Positions 43,613 to 52,064 of a DNA stretch of 64,000 nucleotides are shown piece after piece. The stretch spans positions 800,001-864,000 of the forward strand of contig NZ_CP186926.1 in the NCBI RefSeq assembly GCF_049554935.1, given 5' to 3'. Position 1 is the stretch's first letter; each line of letters starts with the position of its first letter. The position numbers were made by a program, and so were the translations under genes. The DNA comes from Methanocaldococcus indicus (GTDB lineage Archaea; AGJL01; Methanococci; Methanococcales; Methanocaldococcaceae). The notes under the pieces were generated by a model. That model worked only from the letters and a program-made list of their open reading frames with translations, had not been told where the DNA came from and searched no databases.

Positions 43613-44461
43613 ATGGAAGAACTAAAAAAGCCATTAATTGTAAGTATTTTTGGAAATATTGTTCTTTCAGTTATCAAAATTTTTGTAGGATATATATATA
43701 ATAGTATATCTTTGATATCTGACGGATTTCATTCTTTATCTGATGTAATAACCAGTATTATTGGATATTATGGAATAAAAATCTCACAGATGCCAGAAGA
43801 TGAAAACCATCCTTATGGACATAGTAGATTTGAGACACTATTTTCATTAATTATTGGATTAGCTTTGTTATTAACTGGATTTGAACTATTAAAGATGTCT
43901 ATTGATAAAATTATAAATATTGGGACTGTGGAGGTTAATGCCATAGTTCTTGGAGTTGCTATCTTGTCTATAATTATCAAAGAACTAATGACACAATACT
44001 CACTATATATAGGTAGGAAATACAACAACTCTATTTTAATAGCTGATGCATATCACCATAGAAGTGATGTTCTAAGTACAATAGTTGTTTTAGTTGGGTT
44101 AATTTTAGAAAAATTTGGATTTATATATGGTGATGGATTAGCAGGGGTTATTGTATCTTTAATGGTAGCTAAAGCAGCTATTGATATATGTAAAGATAGT
44201 ATAGACAAACTTACAGGAAAATCTCCTTCAAATGAAATATTGAATAAAATAAAAGAAACAGTTTTAAAAATAGATGGAGTAAAAGGTTATCATGACTTAA
44301 AAGCTCATTATGTTGGCCCTGATATATTTGTAGAGATACATGTTGAGGTTGATAAAGATTTAAGTGCAAAAGAACTGCATGATTTAGAGACAAAAATAAC
44401 AAAAGAGATTGAAAATATTAAAGGTATTAAAAGAGCATATGTGCATTTAGACCCTATTTAG
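43613..44461 (+). CDS. Cation diffusion facilitator (FieF-like) transporter
   Basis: DGFHSLSD, HPYGH, DAYHHRSD, C-terminal VHLDP. Confidence 0.93.
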   Translation: MEELKKPLIVSIFGNIVLSVIKIFVGYIYNSISLISDGFHSLSDVITSIIGYYGIKISQMPEDENHPYGHSRFETLFSLIIGLALLLTGFELLKMSIDKIINIGTVEVNAIVLGVAILSIIIKELMTQYSLYIGRKYNNSILIADAYHHRSDVLSTIVVLVGLILEKFGFIYGDGLAGVIVSLMVAKAAIDICKDSIDKLTGKSPSNEILNKIKETVLKIDGVKGYHDLKAHYVGPDIFVEIHVEVDKDLSAKELHDLETKITKEIENIKGIKRAYVHLDPI

Positions 44462-45150
44462 CCCCAAACTTTTTTAAAGTGTTCTAATGCCTCAACAATA
44501 TCCTTTAACTTACTAACAGGGAATGCCAAAATTAGTTCTTCATCTTTTATTTTTGCATATTTTCTTGAACCATTACATCCCAATGTCATATTTGGAGCTT
44601 TTCTTGTATATACTCCTGCAACTGCATCAGCACATAAGGACTGTATTCCTGCAAAATCTGCCTGGAATCTAACTCCTTGATGGTAGAGTATAGCTTGGAC
44701 TAATCTTAATGCTTTTTTAGGAACACCTATAAATAATACTGAATCTGGAACAAAGTCAATATCATCCAATGGAGCATATACTGTTGCATATATTTCTTCT
44801 TCAACTTTTGGAATTGCTTCAACTACTTTTTTAGCTACTTCTTCATCTTTGTAGTTTCCTAATTTAACATACAATTTTCCAGTTGCTAATGGTTCTGGAG
44901 GATTTCTAAATATACCTAAGGCATAAGCTCCTCCTTTACATAGATGTTTCTCAACTGTTGCATAGAATTTTTTTCTTTCTAATCTTGCTATTTGTATCAT
45001 TTCACAGTGTCTTTTCTCCTCTTCTATTTCATTGTATCCAGAAGGTATTTCATCTTTATTTTTAGCTAATTTTACTCCTACTAATGGAGTATCTAAATCT
45101 AACAATTCCATAACTTTTTTTGCTAATTCTCTTATTTCATTTATTTCCAT
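44458..45150 (-). CDS. DUF169 family protein
   Basis: PLVGVK, RHCE, CKGGAYALG, QSLCAD, LGCNGSR. Confidence 0.85.
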   Translation of the reverse strand: MEINEIRELAKKVMELLDLDTPLVGVKLAKNKDEIPSGYNEIEEEKRHCEMIQIARLERKKFYATVEKHLCKGGAYALGIFRNPPEPLATGKLYVKLGNYKDEEVAKKVVEAIPKVEEEIYATVYAPLDDIDFVPDSVLFIGVPKKALRLVQAILYHQGVRFQADFAGIQSLCADAVAGVYTRKAPNMTLGCNGSRKYAKIKDEELILAFPVSKLKDIVEALEHFKKVWG

Positions 45151-45304
45151 CAGTATCACCTGTTAATTGTTGTGTATAACTTATGAACATAAGACTATCT
45201 ATCCCAATTGATATATAAAATTTTCTATTTAATTTAAACCATAAAATTTATATACTTGTTTTGATAATATTTATTACGCGTCGTTATGGCTCTTTTATAG
45301 TCGT

Positions 45305-45381
45305 GGGCTCGTGGTCTAGCTGGCTATGATGCCGCCCTGACACGGCGGTGGTCGGGAGTTCGAATCTCCCCGAGCCCACCA
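45305..45381 (+). tRNA. tRNA-Val(GAC)
   Basis: Cloverleaf, CCGCC-CT-GAC-AC-GGCGG, encoded CCA; TTTATATA at 45247. Confidence 0.96.
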
Positions 45382-45442
45382 TTTTCGTATTATTTGATTA
45401 TTTGATTAATCTTTTTATCGTTATTTTTTTGTTGTATCTATA

Positions 45443-46045
45443 TTATTCATTATTTTTTCGTATTGCTCTTAATATTCTATATCCTCCTTTTATTTTTACA
45501 GTTTCTACATTTCCAAATACATTTTCTATATAATTAGCTAAAGATTTTGCACCTTGCTTAGTTTGAATAACTAACCATAACTCTCCATTATCCTTTAAAT
45601 ATTTTTTAGCTTCATCAACTAATTTGTGTAAAACTTCTTTTCCAGCTCTTATTGGAGGATTAGTTATAATCTTATCAAATTTTTTATCTTTAATATTTTC
45701 AAATAAATCAGAATATTTTACTTCAACATTTTCATTTCTTATATTATTTAGCTTAATATTTTCCTTAGCTAATTTTAGAGCTCTTTTGTTAATATCAACC
45801 ATCAATACTGAATTTACTTCATCAGCCAAAGCTATTCCAATAACTCCATAACCACAACCCAAATCTAAAATATCATCATCCTCTTTTACTTCAACAGTCT
45901 CAACCAACAATTTAGTTCCTTTATCTATCTTTCCATAAGAAAATACTCCACTATCTGTTTTAAACTTAAATTTCTTTCCTCTCAAAATATCTTCAATAAT
46001 TTTTATATTTGATTTTGAAGATGGATTTTTTGAAAAATAATGCAT
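45443..46045 (-). CDS. RsmC-like class I SAM-dependent methyltransferase (MJ0882-like)
   Basis: HYFS, GVFS..IDKGT, LDLGCGYG, TNPPIRAG. Confidence 0.9.
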   Translation of the reverse strand: MHYFSKNPSSKSNIKIIEDILRGKKFKFKTDSGVFSYGKIDKGTKLLVETVEVKEDDDILDLGCGYGVIGIALADEVNSVLMVDINKRALKLAKENIKLNNIRNENVEVKYSDLFENIKDKKFDKIITNPPIRAGKEVLHKLVDEAKKYLKDNGELWLVIQTKQGAKSLANYIENVFGNVETVKIKGGYRILRAIRKNNE

Positions 46046-46066
46046 AATTCCTCACAAAAAATATTA

Positions 46067-46651
46067 TTATTCTTTTTTTCTACCTACTGGCATTAATAAT
46101 AAAGGTTCTTCTTCAATATTTAATATTCTTTTTACTTCATCATCATAAAAAGCTCCAACTGAAACTGTTCCTAAGTTCAATCTTGTAGCCATTAAATAGA
46201 TATTTTGAGCAGAGTGTCCAACTTCCATATACACATATCTATAACCTCTTTCACCATAAACACTAACAGTTCTATAAAAATCTGCTGCAATAATTATTGT
46301 TATTGGAGCAACTGCAATAAACATCTGATGTAAAGCTGCAAGAGCCAACTCCTTACTATGTTCTTCCTCAGATAACCATAATAAAGCATGCTCTTCAGGG
46401 ATATATTTATAAATTCCTTCATCTAATCCTATAACATCTTTAACATTTATATAAATCTCCAATGGATATGTTGCACCAGCAGAAGGAACAGTTTTGAAAC
46501 CTCTCTCATCAGTTACTCCATAAGCTGCAAATAACAAATAGGAAAGTTCATGGAGAGTTAATGGCTCTCCTAAAAACTCTCTTACAGACCTTCTTTCATA
46601 CATTACTTTTACTAAATCTATCTCATGAACTTCTGGAAGTTCAATTTTCAT
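46067..46651 (-). CDS. SagB/ThcOx-type nitroreductase family protein
   Basis: RRSVREF, PSAGATYPLE, YGERGYRY, EVGHSAQN, VGAF.D. Confidence 0.9.
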   Translation of the reverse strand: MKIELPEVHEIDLVKVMYERRSVREFLGEPLTLHELSYLLFAAYGVTDERGFKTVPSAGATYPLEIYINVKDVIGLDEGIYKYIPEEHALLWLSEEEHSKELALAALHQMFIAVAPITIIIAADFYRTVSVYGERGYRYVYMEVGHSAQNIYLMATRLNLGTVSVGAFYDDEVKRILNIEEEPLLLMPVGRKKE

Positions 46652-46723
46652 ATTTTCACCTAAATATCAAAGAATAAAATTACAAATAATAATTTGTTTA
46701 TATTTGTATTGTTTATATACTTT

Positions 46724-49372
46724 TCATTTTGTATCTTCTTTTAATACTTGTGCATTTATTTGGCTGAGAGTTTCTTTTATTTTTAACTCATAATCAGATT
46801 TTTTCAGCTTACCATTAGTAGCTTTTATTTCAATTATTATCTCTATATTTTCAAAGGTATTTTCTAAGGTTCTCATAATATACCTGTAAAAATCAGATAA
46901 CTTTCCTCTTGGAATTTTTACTTCAAGAGTTAGTTCATTTATTGTTGGTTCTATATAATTAGGAATCTCCTGAGTTTTTTTATTATCTTCAATCTTTTGT
47001 TTAATTTCTTCTTTCTTTTCTTCTGTTTTTGTTTCTATAATTTTTATATCTGTTGTTTCAAGTTTTTCTTCTTTAGGAGTTTTGTCTTGAGATTCTTTCT
47101 TTTCACATAATTCTTTTTTTATTATGATTTCATAATCTTCAAACTCTATCTTAGGTGTTGTATTTATTGTAATACATTCAATTTTTCCATTTTTTAAAAT
47201 TCCAAAGCCAAAGAAACCATTTTTTACACCATCTTCAATAGACTTTATAAAGTTATTTTTGGATATTCTTGGTTCTCCTGGTGTTGTTAAAAGGGCTTTG
47301 TAAAGTTGTTTTATTGGAAGATAATCTTTATTTGTAAGATATTTATGTAATATTAAAATTGGGGATAATTTTTCTATAATTTCCTTTTCTTCTTTTAATT
47401 TATCAAATATCTCCTCTGTTATTGTTTTTTTAACACCATAGGTAGGAATACCAAGGTCTATCTCTTTTATTCCATCTTTTCCTGGGAGGTAGATTATTCT
47501 ATAGAAATATCTAAGTTTATCTCTTTCATCTTTAATTAGTTTTTTAATTTTCTCTTCAACATCTTTTTTCTGCTGTTCAGTTAGAACTATGTATTTATCT
47601 TTTTTAATACTCTCCCATGCTAACTTCTCTCTTAAAAATTTTTCAAAGTTGTGTCTTTCAGATTCCAGAGGACATAAGAAAATAAGAGTATTTTTATAAA
47701 CTCTTGGATTATCTCCGTAATTTTGAATTATTTCATTAATAAATTCTTTATCATTTGTTGGTAGAACTATAAGTTTTAATTCCTCAGAGTCTGGAATATC
47801 TTTTGATGTTCTTGGATATATGTAGGTTTTGAGCTTTTTACCAAGGTATTTTTTTAGGAGAGTTTTAATTTCTTCCTCTATAACTTCATTTTCAATCTCA
47901 GCCATTTTTGTAATTATAGTTCTGTTCAGATTTGGCTGATTTTTAAAGAAATATCTTTTTTCATCTTTCCATAAGTAATAAAGATTATCTTCAAGATTAC
48001 TAACTACTTCTGAGATAACTGTTGATGGTATAGTAGGGTCTGAGCATGTTAGTTTTAGCTCCCCAAGAGTTATACCTTTAATTTCTCCTCCTGAAAATGA
48101 GTAGAGAAAGATGGTAGTTGCTACTTTAGTTCCAAGCTTTAAGCCCTTATATGTGTCTCCAAGGAGTTTATCTACTTTCTTAGCATTTGAGTTATTTGCT
48201 GTTATATCTGCTGATAAGACACTTTCATATTCTTTTCCAATGTGCTTAATTAGTTCCTCTGCCAACTCTCCAAAGCTTAGGTCAAAGTCACAAGGTCTTA
48301 TTAATGGAATTGATGAATCTTTTAATTTATATGTAACAAGGGAGAGAATTCTTAAAACACCTCTTGTTCTTTGGAATGTTGGAATACTACCCCATCTATA
48401 ATGTAATACATCAACAACTTCAGGATGGAATGGATAGCTTTTTATCATTTTTTCTCTATATTGAGATTTATTGTTTATTAAAATACCTTCTCTTTCATAG
48501 TAGTCAATAAATTCATCTACAATATTTTTTACTTCTTCCTCATCAATTCTTTGGAATAATCTTTTTCTTATAATTTCATAAATTTCCTCTCCAACTACAG
48601 GAGTGTAAATTTTTTCAACTCTTCCAATAACCTGTTGTAGTCTTGTTAATAACTCCTCTGCTACTTCTTCATCTGCATATTCAATAATACTTGCTGGCAA
48701 TGTTATAACAAGAAGAGTGTTATTTAAAGATTTGACAGTTTCAGATAATTCTTGAAGAAATGCAATTGTTTGAGATGCTAAGTTTGATTCTCCTACTTTA
48801 ACACCTCTTGCTTTTACTACATACTCTAAAACTTCATCCATTAAAATTAAAACTGGTTCATGCTTCTCTAACAGTGCCCTTAACTTCTCCCTACCTGGAG
48901 AAATTGGAGAGCTAAGAGTTTTTATCTCTCCTTCAAGCTGTTTCTCAATCTCTCCCCATAAGGTTCCTATTATCTTACCATCTTTTTCTTCTGGGGTTAT
49001 TGCTGTCCCAACAATTGTAACAACCTTTGCCTTTATTGGTTCTATTCCTTCTACATATTTTTTAGCAATTTCTGGATTTTTAAATGTGTGATAAAGAGTG
49101 ATTAATGAATGTGTCTTCCCTCCACCAAATGGAGTTTGTATTTGGATTATTGAGTCTCCTCCCTCTCCTTTTAATCTTTTTGAAGCAATTTTTATTAAAG
49201 ATTTTAATCCTGAAGTTAAGTAAGTTTTTTTAAAGAATAGTTCTGGGTCTTTGTAGTCATCAGGTGCTCTATTTTTATAAACTTCCCATAAATCTGCAGC
49301 AAATACATCCATTGTTAATCTTCCTTCTAATATATCCCTATGAGGTACTGCAACTAAGTGAAATGGTTTCAT
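46724..49372 (-). CDS. DUF499 family AAA+ ATPase (BrxC/PglY-related)
   Basis: PH.DI..G..FAADL, FFKKTYLT, TPFGGGKTH Walker A, LILMDE Walker B, SYPFHP, FQRTRGVLR. Confidence 0.9.
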   Translation of the reverse strand: MKPFHLVAVPHRDILEGRLTMDVFAADLWEVYKNRAPDDYKDPELFFKKTYLTSGLKSLIKIASKRLKGEGGDSIIQIQTPFGGGKTHSLITLYHTFKNPEIAKKYVEGIEPIKAKVVTIVGTAITPEEKDGKIIGTLWGEIEKQLEGEIKTLSSPISPGREKLRALLEKHEPVLILMDEVLEYVVKARGVKVGESNLASQTIAFLQELSETVKSLNNTLLVITLPASIIEYADEEVAEELLTRLQQVIGRVEKIYTPVVGEEIYEIIRKRLFQRIDEEEVKNIVDEFIDYYEREGILINNKSQYREKMIKSYPFHPEVVDVLHYRWGSIPTFQRTRGVLRILSLVTYKLKDSSIPLIRPCDFDLSFGELAEELIKHIGKEYESVLSADITANNSNAKKVDKLLGDTYKGLKLGTKVATTIFLYSFSGGEIKGITLGELKLTCSDPTIPSTVISEVVSNLEDNLYYLWKDEKRYFFKNQPNLNRTIITKMAEIENEVIEEEIKTLLKKYLGKKLKTYIYPRTSKDIPDSEELKLIVLPTNDKEFINEIIQNYGDNPRVYKNTLIFLCPLESERHNFEKFLREKLAWESIKKDKYIVLTEQQKKDVEEKIKKLIKDERDKLRYFYRIIYLPGKDGIKEIDLGIPTYGVKKTITEEIFDKLKEEKEIIEKLSPILILHKYLTNKDYLPIKQLYKALLTTPGEPRISKNNFIKSIEDGVKNGFFGFGILKNGKIECITINTTPKIEFEDYEIIIKKELCEKKESQDKTPKEEKLETTDIKIIETKTEEKKEEIKQKIEDNKKTQEIPNYIEPTINELTLEVKIPRGKLSDFYRYIMRTLENTFENIEIIIEIKATNGKLKKSDYELKIKETLSQINAQVLKEDTK

Positions 49373-49401
49373 AATTTTTCCCCCTTCCTATATTTTTAAA
49401 T

Positions 49402-50418
49402 TTATCTCAAAACCTCTTTAATAGCATGCCACTCAATTATTGAGGTAGGTTTGATTATACCATTAACAACATCATAAAACAAAATTTCATTTTCCACTAA
49501 AAATTTAAATTCTTTAATTAACTCTCTTTTAATAATTTCATAGTCCTCAACTTTAATTTTATCTCTAAATTTATTTAAAATTTCATATATTTTATTTTCA
49601 TCTAATTCATCTGGCATATTTGCAATTAAAAACATTAATCCATCTTTCTCAATATTAATCCACTGCTTTATTGTTTCTTTAACAGATAAGCCAAGTTTTT
49701 TGTTATTTATCAGCTGAGAGATTTCATAAGGTAAAGAGAGATAATTTGAGGCATAATTTAGTTCATCCTCACTAAAACCCTCTTCTTTTAAAATCTTCTT
49801 TATTGTTTCTTTCTCTAACCAATCAATTAAATAATATTCTGAGGCATTTTTTAATGTTGAATTTCTATAAATTTCCTCAATAAATAATGTATCTGATGTT
49901 AAACAAATAACGTGGCATAGATGCTCCATTTTAGTTAGAGAAACAAAGAGGTTAAATAATTCATTCAATAATGATTTATTTCCATTAAAGTAGATATTTT
50001 TTAGTTTTTGAAGTTCATCTATAATTAAGACAGGTTTTTTTCCTTCTTGAATAACAGCATTTATTGATTCATTTATCTTAGCAAAAACATCATTCAAAGA
50101 CAAATTGTTAAAATCAAAATTTTCCTCAACTCCAAATTTAAACACTCCTAAATTAATCTCTAATTTATTTAGAAGATATTTTTTATCTGACTTTTCAAAA
50201 AATACTCTTAAAAATTCATCTTTTGTAGGAGTGGCATATTTCCTTAGGTTATAATAGAAAAACACTATATTACTGTTTTCCAATTCTTTAATAACTCTTC
50301 TCATTACTGTTGATTTTCCAGATGACTTTGGACCATAAATAAATAATATAGAGTTTGGTTCTAACTGCACATAAGTCTTTAAATATTTAAGTTCTTTCTC
50401 TCTATTATGGAATTTCAT
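49402..50418 (-). CDS. Archaeal ATPase (ATPase_2 family, Methanocaldococcus-expanded), paralog 2
   Basis: MKFHNREKEL, YGPKSSGKST, LIIDELQ, HVICLTSD. Confidence 0.9.
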   Translation of the reverse strand: MKFHNREKELKYLKTYVQLEPNSILFIYGPKSSGKSTVMRRVIKELENSNIVFFYYNLRKYATPTKDEFLRVFFEKSDKKYLLNKLEINLGVFKFGVEENFDFNNLSLNDVFAKINESINAVIQEGKKPVLIIDELQKLKNIYFNGNKSLLNELFNLFVSLTKMEHLCHVICLTSDTLFIEEIYRNSTLKNASEYYLIDWLEKETIKKILKEEGFSEDELNYASNYLSLPYEISQLINNKKLGLSVKETIKQWINIEKDGLMFLIANMPDELDENKIYEILNKFRDKIKVEDYEIIKRELIKEFKFLVENEILFYDVVNGIIKPTSIIEWHAIKEVLR

Positions 50419-50432
50419 TTTATACACCAAAT

Positions 50433-51440
50433 TTATTTTAAAACCTCTTTAATAGCCCACCACTCTATTATTGATGTAGGCTTGATTATTCCATTTATAA
50501 CATCATAAAATAAAATCTCATTCTCTATTAGGAATTTAACGTCATCAAAAATTTCATCTTCAAAATTATCAATACTTACTTTTATCTTATTGTTAAATTT
50601 ACTTAATATTTTTAATAAATTCTCTTTTCTATCTTTATTTGACTTTAATAAATACATCAATCCATCTTTCTCAATATTTATCCACTGCTTTATTGTTTCT
50701 TCTACCGACAAGCCAAGTTTTTTATTATTTATTAATTGGGTGATTTCATAAGGTAAAGAGAGATAGTTTGAAGCATAATTAACTTCTTCCTCACTAAAAC
50801 CCTCTTCTTTTAATATCTTCTTTATTGTTTCTTTTTCTAACCAATCAATTAAATAATATTCAGAAGCATTTTTTAATGTTGAGTTTCTATATATTTCCTC
50901 AATAAATAATGTGTCAGAGGTTAAACAAATAACATGGCATAGATGTCTAACTTTTGTTAAATGGACAAAGAGATTGAATAATTCATTTAATAATGATTTA
51001 CCACCATTAAAGTAGATATTTTTTAGTTTTTGCAACTCATCTATTATTAGAATTGGTTTCTTTCCATCTTTGATAACTGCCTCAATTCCTTCATAAATTT
51101 TATTAAATATGTTATTTAATTTTATATTGTTGAAATCAAATTTTTTCTCAACACCAAACTTAAAAATTTTTAGATTAATTTCTAATTTATTTAGAAGATA
51201 TTTTTTATCTGACTCTTCAAAAAATATTTCTAAAAACTCTTCTATTGTTGGTGTGGCATATCTTCTTAAATCATAATAAAAAAATACTATATTGCTATTT
51301 TCTAACTCTTTAATAACTCTAAGCATAACAGTTGTTTTTCCAGAAGATTTAGGGCCATAAACAAATAAAATAGCGTTTGGTTCTAACTGCACATATGTTT
51401 TTAAGTAGTTGAGTTCTTTCTCTCTATTGTAAAATTTCAT
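50433..51440 (-). CDS. Archaeal ATPase (ATPase_2 family), paralog 1
   Basis: MKFYNREKEL, YGPKSSGKTT, LIIDELQ; long stretches identical to the neighbouring paralog. Confidence 0.9.
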   Translation of the reverse strand: MKFYNREKELNYLKTYVQLEPNAILFVYGPKSSGKTTVMLRVIKELENSNIVFFYYDLRRYATPTIEEFLEIFFEESDKKYLLNKLEINLKIFKFGVEKKFDFNNIKLNNIFNKIYEGIEAVIKDGKKPILIIDELQKLKNIYFNGGKSLLNELFNLFVHLTKVRHLCHVICLTSDTLFIEEIYRNSTLKNASEYYLIDWLEKETIKKILKEEGFSEEEVNYASNYLSLPYEITQLINNKKLGLSVEETIKQWINIEKDGLMYLLKSNKDRKENLLKILSKFNNKIKVSIDNFEDEIFDDVKFLIENEILFYDVINGIIKPTSIIEWWAIKEVLK

Positions 51441-51492
51441 TTTATACACCATACTCCATAGGAAAATAAAGGTTATGCTCCAATTAATTAAG

Positions 51493-52041
51493 CTAATTTT
51501 TCTTCATTTTTTCATCAGTTTTAATTTGAATTTTCATATACTTCTGATTTATCAAAGTTATTTTGGATTTTAGCTTATTTATGATTATCATATTAATACT
51601 TATATCAAATATGATTGCACTTATCAAATCTGCAAGCAAGTAAAAAGTTAGGGCTATGTTTAGTATAAATGAAATTTTAAAATAAAACAAATATGTATTG
51701 TAGGCAGTAATGAAGTTATTATTCACAATGTCAAACTTTTGGTTAAGAAGATTAATTTGGTTTTGAGTAATATTGCAATATTGTTTTATTTCTTCAATGT
51801 CTGCTTTTGTTATATTCTCCCTTCTTAATTTTTCATATTTTTGCTTATATTCTTGCAATTGTTGTTGTAATTGTGATATTTGTTGTTTTAATGCACTTAT
51901 TTCAGCATCCTTTTGCTCAATCTGTTGAATATACGGCTGAGATTTAGTAGATATTAATATTTGACTTAAAGACGATAAAAGAATTATAATAATTGGTAGA
52001 ATAATGATGGCAACAATTAATAATTCTATCATTTTCTCCAT
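51493..52041 (-). CDS. Hypothetical membrane protein: TM - Gln-rich coiled coil - TM
   Basis: AGGTG SD; hydrophobic N-terminus, heptad ISALKQQISQLQQQLQEYKQKYEKL, second hydrophobic segment. Confidence 0.75.
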   Translation of the reverse strand: MEKMIELLIVAIIILPIIIILLSSLSQILISTKSQPYIQQIEQKDAEISALKQQISQLQQQLQEYKQKYEKLRRENITKADIEEIKQYCNITQNQINLLNQKFDIVNNNFITAYNTYLFYFKISFILNIALTFYLLADLISAIIFDISINMIIINKLKSKITLINQKYMKIQIKTDEKMKKN

Positions 52042-52064
52042 TAACAACACCTATTTTTAAAGAT

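Noticed and set aside
45348-45533. 61 aa ORF starting inside tRNA-Val
   Set aside because: Overlaps the tRNA and is antisense to the methyltransferase 3' end.
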